Source: Macrostomum lignano (taxonomy: Eukaryota). From it: a DNA stretch of 64,000 bases. The stretch covers positions 206,739-270,738 of the forward strand of contig NIVC01001548.1 of the NCBI GenBank assembly GCA_002269645.1, given 5' to 3'. Of this stretch, positions 50,101-60,384 are shown one piece after another; the first letter of the stretch is position 1, and each line of letters begins with the position of its first letter. The position numbers and the translations under genes are program-made. Under the pieces are notes generated by a model that made no database searches, was not told where the DNA came from, and saw only the letters and a list, made by a program, of their open reading frames with translations.

Positions 50101-53100
50101 GTGACAGTAAGAGTGACAGTCAGACAGTCAGTGTCAATCTACTCTGTATGTTGCACTGGCCTTTCTGTTCCTGACCTTTTACTTTCCCCATGTTCATTTT
50201 GTCATTTCAATGCTTGCAGAGACATCGGAAATCGCCGACGTCCCAACAACCGCCAACCGCGGCAGGAACAACAACAACAACAACAATAACAACAAGAAGG
50301 CTGGCGGAGCGGCCGCTGCCGCCTCTGCTGACGACAAGCCCAGCCAGTCGAAGGCCGGCGGCGGCGGCGGTGGCGGTGGTGGCGGTGGCGGAGGCGGCGG
50401 TGGCGGAGGAGGCGGCGGTGGTGGTGGCGGCGGTGGCGCAGAAGTCAGACAGGAGCTGCGGCTCGAGCCGGTGACGCTGGAGCTCGTCAGGCAGGATCGG
50501 CTATTTCAGAAGCTGCTGAAAAAGCAGGTGAGTTTTATGGAGTAATTTTTATCGATTTCAAGTATTTTTTGTTTTACCTTTCATCGAGTTCTGATTCTAA
50601 AAGTGACATCACAGCTCACTGTGTTTTGATTCTAAAAATAGAAGTGACATCACAGTTCACTGTGTTTTGATTCTAAAAATAAAAGTGACATCACAGCTCA
50701 CTGTGTTTTGATTCTAAAAATAGAAGTGACATCACAGCTCACTGTGTTTTGATTCTAAAAATAGAAGTGACGTCATAGTTCACTGTGTTTTGATTCTAAA
50801 AATAAAAGTGACGTCTTCTGGCACTCGCACTTTCCTACGCGCAGACAAAAGACCTGGACCAGGTGCTGAAGCGGCAGGACAAAGAGCAGCAGGCAATGCT
50901 GAAGACGCACACAAGCGAATGCGAGCGACTCGCCGCTCAGCAGGGCAAGGCTCTGGCATCGTTGGCGAAGAAAACCAACAAGGGTGGCGGATCGTGAGTA
51001 GCTGAGTTGCCTCCTGGCTCCGCTGTTGTTTCTGTGTTGTCTGCCTATAGAATATGACTAATTGTGTTGTAAACATTGCGCTGCCGGGCAGGGTAGAGGA
51101 GAGGCAGACAATCAGGTTGCACTGTGTAGCTTCTATCTGTGTTGTATTTCTGTGCTTTCTAGCCCAGAAACCGTATCAGCCTGCGGCGGCGACGGCGGCG
51201 GCGGCAGGGGTGGCCGGCTCGCTTATCTCTGCTGCGCCTCCCGGCCTCAGCAGCGGTCGACTGGAGACCAGCCGGAGCCGCCAGGATTGGCCATAGACAA
51301 CAGGTCTTGGTTTTGGCTGGCACTGAGTCGCTTGAGCCTCACCAATCCTAGCCAATATTTCTCTCCGAAATTTTTATCGATTTCATTTCTTAGATTTTGT
51401 CACGGATTGAAATTTGCCAACTATCGTAGTTGGATGCTTCTTAATAACCCGGTTTTGAACGTGTGATTGGCTTGCTAGGCTGCTCGGGCTCTGCGCTACC
51501 TACTCACATTGCTAAGTAGTCACATTAGACTGTTTTATTTATAATTCTGATTTCTGATTTCTCAAGAAATTTAGCCGTCCTCGGACGGCGGGAACTCGCC
51601 GGGTTCCAGATTCTTTCCTGCTTTATTTGTCTTTAATTTTGGAGTTTCATTCGCGTTACTCACTACTAATAAACTCATTCCTAGCTAAGCTTTGCTTTAA
51701 GCTTTTAAATTGACTTTTTAGGTGTAAGCGGATAATTTTCCCGTAGAGCAATGCTGGTCCGCTCTCGAAACACTTTTCTCGCATTTTTACCTTGCAGAGA
51801 GAACGGCGCCTCGGATGGACAGACGAAAGAGCTGCGGGACAGCCAGGGTGAAGAGGTGAGCTTGGCTCGTGTTTGACTGCTTGATGGCGCCTCATTTCCG
51901 GTTAGATTGATTGATGGCGCCTCATTTCCGGTTAGATTGATTGATGGCGCCTCATTTCCGGTTAGATTGATCGATGGCGCCTCATTTCCGCTTAGATTGA
52001 TTGATGGCGCATCATTTCTGGTTAGATTGGTTGATGGCGCATCATTTCCGGTTAGATTGATTGATGGCGCCTCATCCCCGGTTAGATTGATTAAAGGCGC
52101 ATTATTTCCGGTTAGACTGAATGAAGGCGCCTCATCTCCGGTTAGATTGATTGAAGGCGCCTTATTTCCGGTTAGACTGAATAAAGGCGCATCATTTCCG
52201 GTTAGATTGATTGAAGGCGCATCATTTCTGGTTAGATTGGTTGATGGCGCCTCATCCCCGGTTAGATTGATTAAAGGCGCATTATTTCCGGTTAGACTGA
52301 ATGAAGGCGCCTCATCTCCGGTTAGATTGATTGAAGGCGCCTTATTTCCGGTTAGATTGATTGAAGGCGCATCATTTCCGGTTAGATTGATTGATGGCGC
52401 CTCATCCCCGGTTAGATTGATTAAAGGCGCATTATTTCCGGTTAGACTGAATGAAGGCGCCTCATCTCCGGTTAGATTGATTGAAGGCGCCTTATTTCCG
52501 GTTAGATTGATTGAAGGCGCATCATTTCCGGTTAGATTGATTGATGGCGCCTCATCCCCGGTTAGATTGATTAAAGGCGCATTATTTCCGGTTAGACTGA
52601 ATGAAGGCGCCTCATCTCCGGTTAGATTGATTGAAGGCGCCTTATTTCCGGTTAGACTGAATAAAGGCGCATCATTTCCGGTTAGATTGATTGAAGGCGC
52701 CTCATTTCCGGTTAGATTGAAGGCGCCTCATTTCCGGTTAGATTGAAGGCGCCTCATTTCCGGTTAGATTGAAGGCGCCTCATTTCCGGTTAGATTGGTT
52801 GAAGGCGCGTCATTTCCAGTTAGATTGATTGATGGCGCCTCATTTCCGGTTAGACTGAATGAAGGCGCATCAATTTCGGTTAGATTGATTGATGTCGCCT
52901 CATTTCCGGTTAGATTGATTGATGGCGCCTCATTTTCGGCTATAGTTATTCGACAGCGCCTGGCATGCTGCCAAACGCCCCCCCCCACCCACACGCCGCA
53001 GATGTCCCGCGTGGTGGCGCAGCACACTGAGCAGTGGACGGCCCTGATTCGCCAGCACTCCAAGGAGGTCTACGAGCTGCGCCGCGCTCAGCTTGAGGCG

Positions 53101-53966
53101 CACCGGGAGCTCGCAACCAGGGTGGCCCTGGAGATCCAGGCCAGCCAGGAGAAGGAGATGACGGCGCAGCACGAGCGCGAGAACAAAGACTTGAAGGCGC
53201 AGCAGGCCAAGCACAGCATGGAGTCCAGCAAAGCCGTGCAGAACGACAAGACCATCCGCAACAAGGCGGAGCGCGACCGTCGGGTTCGCGAGGTCAATGA
53301 GAACAACACCAAGCGATTCATCGAAGAGCGGAAGCGGCTGCTCAACAGGCAGGGCAACCACAGGGAAAACCTCAAGAAGGAGCACGACGAGCAGGCGGCC
53401 CGGGTTGGCAAGTCGCTAGACGAGGTTGGTTGCCGTTCAGAGAGGAATGGGTTGGGCGCTTCTTCTGGCGATGGCCTTCTAGCTCTCAAAGGGTGAACGC
53501 TTGTACGCGTGCCCTAAAATTTCTTATCATCAGGCAGTGTCCGCAGTGTAGTGGGGTTTGGCCCCCCTGTAATCGTAAATCGCACTAACATGAGCAGCAT
53601 ATTTTATGGCAACATTCCCCGCGCCGCAAGAGGGCGCGCAAGGAGAGAGAGAGGTGGGTCTGCTGATTCCAGCCAATCAGAGAGGCCGGCAGCTTCAACT
53701 GATAACGCGGGGGCGAGAGGGCGGCAGGGGTAGAGAGAGATTGCCAGCCAATCAGCGGCCTATATGCTAGGGATGCGAGTTTAACTACTGATGAGTAGAA
53801 AGTATGGAGTGTGGCGCGAAAAGCTTGTATAGCGGGAAAAGCTAGCCGGGGCACAGAGCTTCAACTCGCTACTTTTTCGCTCTGAAATCACCTGCAGGAA
53901 ATCAGCCTGCTGGAGTTGACCTACCGGGAGAGCAGTCTGGCCGCCAAACCTGTGGCGGCGGTGTGA
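34512..53966 (+). CDS. PLCB4: Phospholipase C beta-4 / norpA-type PI-PLC; one apparent 1-bp frameshift near 41995
   Basis: Exons 34512-34634, 34724-34804, 36260-36319, 38725-38859, 39237-39316, 40687-40822, 41835-42104, 43587-43891, 44392-44471, 44548-44632, 44734-44824, 46133-46413, 46662-46803, 46901-46985, 47624-47800, 49160-49716, 50220-50527, 50845-50993, (51163-51303), 51798-51855, 53002-53424, 53898-53966. Motifs: [15 protein letters not shown] box SSHNTYL...[12 protein letters not shown]...THG, Y box [13 protein letters not shown]...NFQT, C2 domain, C-terminal coiled coil. Confidence 0.95.
34810..35125. repeat. 20-bp repeat (tgtctgcctgtttgtcttag) grading into (TCTG)n, PLC intron 2
   Basis: Read directly. 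Confidence 0.92.
35640..36118. repeat. 54-bp minisatellite, ~9 copies
   Basis: Unit ggatggatgccacagttatcatttagtttgactgtgctcgaatatgtaagaatt. Confidence 0.95.
37930..38170. repeat. 32-bp minisatellite with two alternating variants
   Basis: gagagttccgatcgcttgatttcca followed by gtcagtt or ctaggat. Confidence 0.9.
38916..39172. repeat. 34-bp minisatellite (ctgcagcatccctgtccctcagttgtgcttgagg), ~7 copies
   Basis: Read directly. Confidence 0.93.
39750..40640. repeat. Near-perfect 20-bp minisatellite (cccaacccacccgatccaag), ~44 copies
   Basis: Read directly. Confidence 0.97.
40848..41615. repeat. Purine-rich ~20-bp minisatellite (gaggagagacaatrcaagag)
   Basis: Read directly. Confidence 0.95.
42158..42950. 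repeat. 48-53-bp minisatellite (gccagctggcctggctaggcaatgccccctcccagccctgctgtggtta), ~16 copies
   Basis: Read directly. Confidence 0.95.
45190..45990. repeat. Degenerate ~19-bp minisatellite (gatgggatgaaggtgcctg)
   Basis: Read directly. Confidence 0.9.
46463..46625. repeat. 34-bp minisatellite (gattgcattggggatattttcccatattgggacc), ~4.5 copies
   Basis: Read directly. Confidence 0.9.
46986..47623 (+). other. U12-type (minor spliceosome) GT-AG intron of PLCB4
   Basis: 5' site GTATCCTTT at 46986; branch consensus TTCCTTAAC at 47587-47595; acceptor CAG at 47621-47623; removal restores EFVN|YNKRQ. Confidence 0.85.
47030..47535. repeat. 21-bp minisatellite (gtgtacagtgagagagggtaa), ~24 copies, inside the U12 intron
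   Basis: Read directly. Confidence 0.95.
48500..49122. repeat. 21-bp minisatellite (ctcagccacctctctcatagc), ~29 copies
   Basis: Read directly. Confidence 0.95.
49850..50125. repeat. 12-bp degenerate repeat (gagtgacagcaa / atgagcgacagt)
   Basis: Read directly. Confidence 0.88.
50590..50815. repeat. 41-bp minisatellite (gtgacatcacagctcactgtgttttgattctaaaaatagaa), ~5 copies
   Basis: Read directly. Confidence 0.92.
51885..52935. repeat. 30-bp minisatellite (gatggcgcctcatttccggttagattgatt), ~35 copies
   Basis: Read directly. Confidence 0.95.
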
Positions 53967-55124
53967 ACAAGCGCAGCCGGCTGACTGACACATTCCTGTT
54001 CCCACTGCACCGACTCGTATTCACGATATTACTATGCGGAATTGCTTCATCACCCCCGATCAGCTTCACCCTGCCGCAGTGAAGTCCTCCGCGGGCCTGC
54101 CTGCCCTCATCGCCATCTCACTTTTTGACACCGGAATATTTTAAGATTCTTAGAAAATAGGTTAAGAAAAGTACACGGCCTTTATATTATTACTTGCAGT
54201 AGCCACGTAAACCTATTTTTGTGCAGCGTCTTGTTACGAAAAAAGACTGAAAAAAAGAAATTTTGCTTGTCTGAGTACGATCTAATGCGCCGAGACCAAG
54301 CCTTCGTTTTGCGCCTGCGATACCTGTTCCGTATTCTTACCGGCTTTATTACCTACCGTATTACCTGCTTCGCTACCTGCTGTTGCGGCAACTTCAAGCG
54401 GCTGTGCGATCTTGCGCATCCTCATTCAGCCCGATGGCCTGGGGTGGCAATTCTGTAATGCTGTCAGCACGGCAACCCATTGGAGTCTCTTCCCGCTTGT
54501 ACTTTACTCAGCAATACTCTATCCTGACTACTTTTATCACCATCATGCTTTTCTATTTTTGTTCATAAGCTGCCATTCTCCCAAGCTGCCTGAACCAATT
54601 TCTAGTCAGATATATTTTATATTTCCTGTCCCAGTCATGTCTGTATTATTTATTATCAAGAACTCTCATCGTCAGCACAATGTACTACTGTGCGCAATCT
54701 ATATAGTCCTACCATTGCTGTGTACTATTTTTGTATTGTTCTATCTCAATTATTCAAACTATACACGTGTAGCAGCAAGTTCGCACCAGTTTATTGACAC
54801 CTGTACACTTTTTGAGGACCTATACAATGCGCACAGGCTGGCCACTTCTGGCTTGTTCAAGCCGAACTCAGACAGTCTCGGATTTGATTGAGCAGACAGA
54901 CCAAACTTTTATGATTTGTTATAATCATGTCTCCGTTTTTTATCAAAATTATACCGCGGCTCGGTCACTTCGACCGTGAGCTATTGGACTGAGCAGCAAT
55001 ATACAGACAGATGCAATAATATACATTATACTGCTTCATTACCAGCGCTGATTAACACTGAGGTGTTGTTCCAGTGTCAGCTTCTTTATCTGGGTGAGAG
55101 GAAGGGGAGGACTCGCACTGGTAG

Positions 55125-56010
55125 AGATTGAGATGGGGAGACAGTGATGCTGTACCGAATCCTGAGATTGAGATGGGGAGACAGTGATCCTGTACCGAAT
55201 CTTGAGGTTGAGATGGGGAGACAGCGATCCTGTACAGAATCTTGAGGTTGAGATGGGGAGACAGTGATCCTGTACAGAATCTTGAGGTTGAGATGGGGAG
55301 ACAGTGATCCTGTACCGAATCTTGAGGTTGAGATGGGGAGACAGTGATCCTGTACCGAATCCCGAGGTTGAGATGGGGAGACAGTGATCCTGTACCGAAT
55401 CTTGAGGTTGAGATGGGGAGACAGTGATCCTGTCCCGAATCTTGAGGTTGAAATGGGGAGACGGTGATCCTGTACCGAATCTTGAGGTTGAGATGGGGAG
55501 ACAGTGATCCTGTACCGAATCTTGAGGTTGAAATGGGGAGACAGTGATCCTGTATCGAATCCTGAGATTGAGATGGGGAGACAGTGATCCTGTACCGAAT
55601 CCCGAGGTTGAGATGGGGAGACAGTGATCCTGTACAGAATCTTGAGGTTGAGATGGGGAGACAGTGATCCTGTATCGAATCCTGAGATTGAGATGGGGAG
55701 ACGGTGATCCTGTACAGAATCCCGAGTTTGAGATGGGGAGACAGTGATCCTGTACAGAATCCCGAGGTTGAGATGGGGAGACAGTGATCCTGTACAGAAT
55801 CCCGAGGTTGAGATGGGGAGACAGTGATCCTGTACAGAATCTTGAGGTTGAGATGGGGAGACGGTGATCCTGTATCGAATCCTGAGATTGAGATGGGGAG
55901 ACAGTGATCCTGTACCGAATCTTGAGGTTGAGATGGAGAGACAGTGATCCTGTACCGAATCCTGAGGTTGAGATGGGGAGACAGTGTGATCCTGTCCCGA
56001 ATCCTGATGT
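55125..56010. repeat. 40-bp minisatellite (gttgagatggggagacagtgatcctgtaccgaatcttgag), ~22 copies, intergenic
   Basis: Read directly. Confidence 0.96.
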
Positions 56011-56452
56011 CGGGACAGATGAAAACAAAAATTGAAAAGTGGGAGATTATTCAAAGATACTTTTATGTTATGCGTGTCGATTCCAAAAATTCTGAATTGT
56101 TAGGGATGACGGGAAGTAGAATTTACCTTTTCTATGTATCATCGATGCGATCGAGAGCATCATAAAACTTTAATTATAGACATTTGCTCGGACAAGTCTT
56201 GGGTTTAAATTTAATACCACTAGGATGGGGACTTGGACTAGCATTTGTTGACACTTCATTTTACAGTATTACAGTTTGTCAATTTAAGCGACGTCAATAC
56301 ATTTCCATGTTGTTCCCGTTATTTAAAAAATTAGCAAAACAGGAGCACCAAGACGACATGCATGTTTTTAATAGCGGCCAAATTCTATTAAATTTCAAAC
56401 AATGGCATAGCCGAATCAAGCAGTCTAAACAAGTAATCAATTGTTAATTCAG

Positions 56453-57940
56453 TCACAGCAGGTTGCAGCAGCTGCACCGGCGGCTTCTCCTCTTGCTGAG
56501 CATGTCGGCGGTGGTCGAGGTGAACCTGTCGAGGATGTCGTCACCGCAGTCTGCATTAATCTCCGTCCGGAAGATGTGCCTCACCAAAGAGCTAAGCAGG
56601 CGCCGCCTGTCCTCTAGCAGCCGCCAGAGCGTCTCCACGGTGATGACGGAGTCATCTTCGAGCGAATCGAAGGCCTCATCGGTGTGGCTGATCTTGGCGC
56701 CGATCTCCTGGCAGAAGAGCATCTCCAGGCGGTAGCGGGTGAGGCAGCCCTCGTTGCCCACCTGCAGCGCCTCCATGTACTCGTTTAGGTAATTCTCAAC
56801 GTTCTCGCTGATGATGCGGGCGGCGAAATTCTTTGAGGGGCGGCGGCGGTGAGCGCGAGGTTGATAGAAATGAAGTGAACAAGCATTTGCGCGAGAGCTG
56901 TGGTCACTTTATGCCGTTCCCTAATTATTAGTGAGGCAAATTCTGTCCATTTCGCAGACTATACGAAAATGTCGTACGCAAGCACGCACTCATAAACAGT
57001 GCTCACACAGCAGGGGGCCTTTTCATATTACCAATTCCAGAATCGGTTCGGAATTCCAAGAAAAACAGCAGTATAACTATTTAACTCTGTTAATATTTGA
57101 CTGCCTTTAACAACCTCACTTAGCACAATTTTTCACTTTCTTCTTGGCGATTGTCATTCAATAATAAAAACTTTATGGCACGTATCTCCCTCTAGTTATG
57201 GAGACAAAATACTTCACAAATTGGTTCTGGTACCAGAACAAGCAATATGAAAAGGCCCAGGGTGTACACTGTACAGCGGCCCTAAGTTTGTAACTGCCAG
57301 ACGTGTACCTTGGAGCTTGGCCCTCGTAGGTGTGAATCGTACGACAACCTCCGGCCAATTTTCGTGCACAAGCACCAAAATAAATGAGCCCTTGGGTCCG
57401 TTGTGTTTGCGAGACCTTTCTATCATGGCTTAAAACTTGTTCAAACATCACCAACAGGTCTATGGCTACTACATACAATAAGGTCAGGCGGGGAAACTTC
57501 GTTCAAATTTCTTGTAGCGGGTACTTGTAACCGTATTGCCAACAACTGACGGCGAGTAAGTGCAAACCCGCAAAGTTTGAGTTCTACTAGTACACACATG
57601 CAAATATCTGGAACACTCGAATCTGGACCTCCTCAACCCTAAAGTCTTCCAGCTCTCACCCGGAAGCTGGTGACGTCGACTCCCTCGGTGCCCAGAGCGG
57701 AATGGATCAGGTCGTACACGTCATTGCTGATGAACTTGTAGGGATTCTGGCGGCGCATGGCAACAATGATGTCGTCCGAGGTGAGGCCGGAGTCCTTCTT
57801 CCTGGCCATGCTCTGGAAGACCTTCAGCATCAGGGAGTCCAGGGTAACATTCTGGCTGGTGGTCGCGTGAATGTTCAGACTGCGTCGCATGTCTCTCGAC
57901 GAGTTGACGCCCCAGTTAGCCGCACAAGCAATCGGGTGGA
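56453..57940 (-). CDS. Calmodulin-like protein with degenerate EF-hands and a C-terminal CaaX motif (5' end uncertain)
   Basis: Exons 57940-57660 and 56830-56453 join in phase 0. Possible first exon 58560-58365 (phase 1) or start at ATG 57890. Segments GLTSDDIIVAMRRQNP, GTEGVDVTSFRNF, GNEGCLTRYRLEMLFCQEIG and DDSVITVETL follow the calmodulin layout; ends KRRSRRCSCCNLL*. Confidence 0.65.
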
Positions 57941-58787
57941 CTGCGCGCAGTTGTGTGCAAGATGCAAGCTTTTCAAGCTCTTTTTCTAACACAGCTTGAC
58001 AACTTTGCCATAAACTAATGCACGAATGCAACCGTAAAAACTATTCGAAATAAGTTTTTGAATAAAACAGCCAAGCCGCTAATTAGAGTGATGATAGTGA
58101 TTAGAAAAGCTGAAAAATTACTAAAAAAGTGATTATTAACTATTTATTTAGCAATCAATCGAAATGAATGAAAAGTTCCACTGCATCACAGCTATAGGCG
58201 GAGAGACAGAGAGGCACAGAGGTTCAATAGACGTCAGCTTGACCGAAAATCCAGCATCGTCGGCGACGCGGCGAAAAATGAAAAATGATGAGACAACAGT
58301 TTAAACTATCTAAGATGTACGACATCGAGAGTGCTTTGGGGCGGTTCGGCCATAGACTCCACACCTGAACTAGCGTTCTGCACCAGTGGCGCCAAGCGTA
58401 GGATGGCGCGTGGCGCAGAACTGGCGCGCCAGTTGCGCCAGGCGGCGACGCGGCGAGTCGAGTCTTGCCGCCGCTGCTGGGGCGGCGGCCGGCGCCACGG
58501 TTGCCGAGATCGACGAGAGTTCGCCGAGAATGCAGCGGCGCGTCGTGGCGCTGCCGCCATCAGCGGCACGGGCTCGCGTGGCGCTCACTGAGACGGCGCG
58601 GCGCGGTGTCGACCAGCCGACGGTGTCTACGGCTGGCAGGGGAGCGTTGGCGGCAAGCGGCAGGCAGGCGGACATTGGCGGGCGGGAGCTGAGCGCGCGG
58701 CTGCCGCTGAAACAGAGTTAAAGTGCAAGTTAACTGATTGCTTCTATAAAAGTACAACTGTATTTTCTAGCCTTAGATTTATTATAG

Positions 58788-59040
58788 AGACTCAGTGGCT
58801 ACCCGACCTGAGTATCTGGGACTCAGTGGCTACCCGACCTGAGTATCTGGGACTCAGTGGCTACCCGACCTGAGTATCTGGGACTCAGTGGCGACCCGAC
58901 CCGAGTATCTGGGACTCAGTGGCGACCCGACCCGAGTATCTGGGACTCAGTGGCGACCCGACCCGAGTATCTGGGACTCAGTGGCGACCCGACCCGAGTA
59001 TCTGAGACTCAGTGGCTACCCGACCCGAGTATCTGAGATG
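58788..59040. repeat. 31-bp minisatellite (gggactcagtggctacccgacctgagtatct), ~8 copies
   Basis: Read directly. Confidence 0.93.
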
Positions 59041-59759
59041 GCGGATCTCTGCTGTGAAGTACATCAAACAATAAAGCGATAAACGAAGGCAGACCCAGCC
59101 AGGCATTTCCTCAATCAGGGCCGGGCAGACCGGACTGTTGCCCGCCGCTGCGCGAACAAATAAAAATAGACAATATGTTTATTAGTATGGCCTAATTATT
59201 CAAGTATTAATTAATTTTCATCACCTCAGGTACGGAATCGGCCGACCAGGCTAAAACTCGCTCAGTAAGCGAAAAGAACAGCTATGAAAAATGTAACCAG
59301 TGCGCAACCCGGAACACACAGAGATTAACAATTTGATGCGCAGTTTAAAAGCGACAACAAGAAACGCAAACGCTGGGAGGCGAGTTCATTCAGGTCGGGG
59401 AGAAACGGTAAAAAATGGAAACAGCGACACGTTTTACTTTTGAAAAGTAAAGCGAGGGACTGCAGAAAGGGGGTTCAACTGGGTCGTTGAAATGCATTTT
59501 TTGCATGGCAACACGCACACACAACTGGACAAAAGCACAAATTATTCAAATCGGGGGAGGCCAGCCAGTTCATTTATCTGCCAGCACGGTGAGGGAGCCA
59601 ATGGCCTGATTCATGAACTATTCTGGAATGATAGCTGAGCCATTCATTAAATCCAAATTTTCATGATAAACATAACCTGTTTACTCGAGCAGATGATCAC
59701 CTGGCTTGCAGTAATAATCATCATTGCTGGCTATGGACTTAAACACTAATCGGAGTCAT

Positions 59760-60270
59760 AATAATCACCAGAATCGCCCATGATAATCACCAGCATCACC
59801 TAAAATAATCACCAGCATCACCCATGATAATCACCAGCATCACCCATGATAATCACCAGCATCAGCTATGATAATCACCAGCATCATCTATGATAATCAC
59901 CAGCATCATCTATGATAATCACCAGCATCACCCATGATAATCACCAGCATCATCTATGATAATCACCAGCATCACCCATGATAATCACCAGCATCATCTA
60001 TGATAATCACCAGCATCACCTATGATTATCACCAGCATCACTCATGATAATCACCAGCATCACCTATAATAATCACCAGCATCACCTATAATAAGCACCA
60101 GCATCACTCATGATAATCACCAGCATCATCTATGATAATCACCAGCATCATCTATGATAATCACCAGCATCACCCATGATAATCACCAGCATCATCTATG
60201 ATAATCACCAGCATCACCCATGATAATCACCAGCATCACCCATGATAATCACCAGCATCACCCAAGATAA
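59760..60270. repeat. 22-bp minisatellite (atgataatcaccagcatcaccc), ~23 copies
   Basis: Read directly. Confidence 0.95.
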
Positions 60271-60384
60271 TTTCATACATGATTGGCGATAAGCTCAGCT
60301 CGCTGACACAGAAAGCAACACAGCAGACAGGGCGGGGTCAAAGGTCAAATGCCGCATGCAAAGCAGTCAACAGTTGCCACAATC

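Noticed and set aside
51907-52746. 279-aa ORF ([10 protein letters not shown])n
   Set aside because: 30-bp repeat translation within an intron
54412-54891. 159-aa hydrophobic ORF downstream of PLCB4
   Set aside because: AT-rich 3' UTR-like sequence, non-ATG start, no family signal
55039-56054. 322-329 aa minus-strand ORFs
   Set aside because: 40-bp repeat translation
44088-57285. Shared 16-mer tgtacagcggccctaa at 44088 and 57270
   Set aside because: Too short to define an element; no matching termini found
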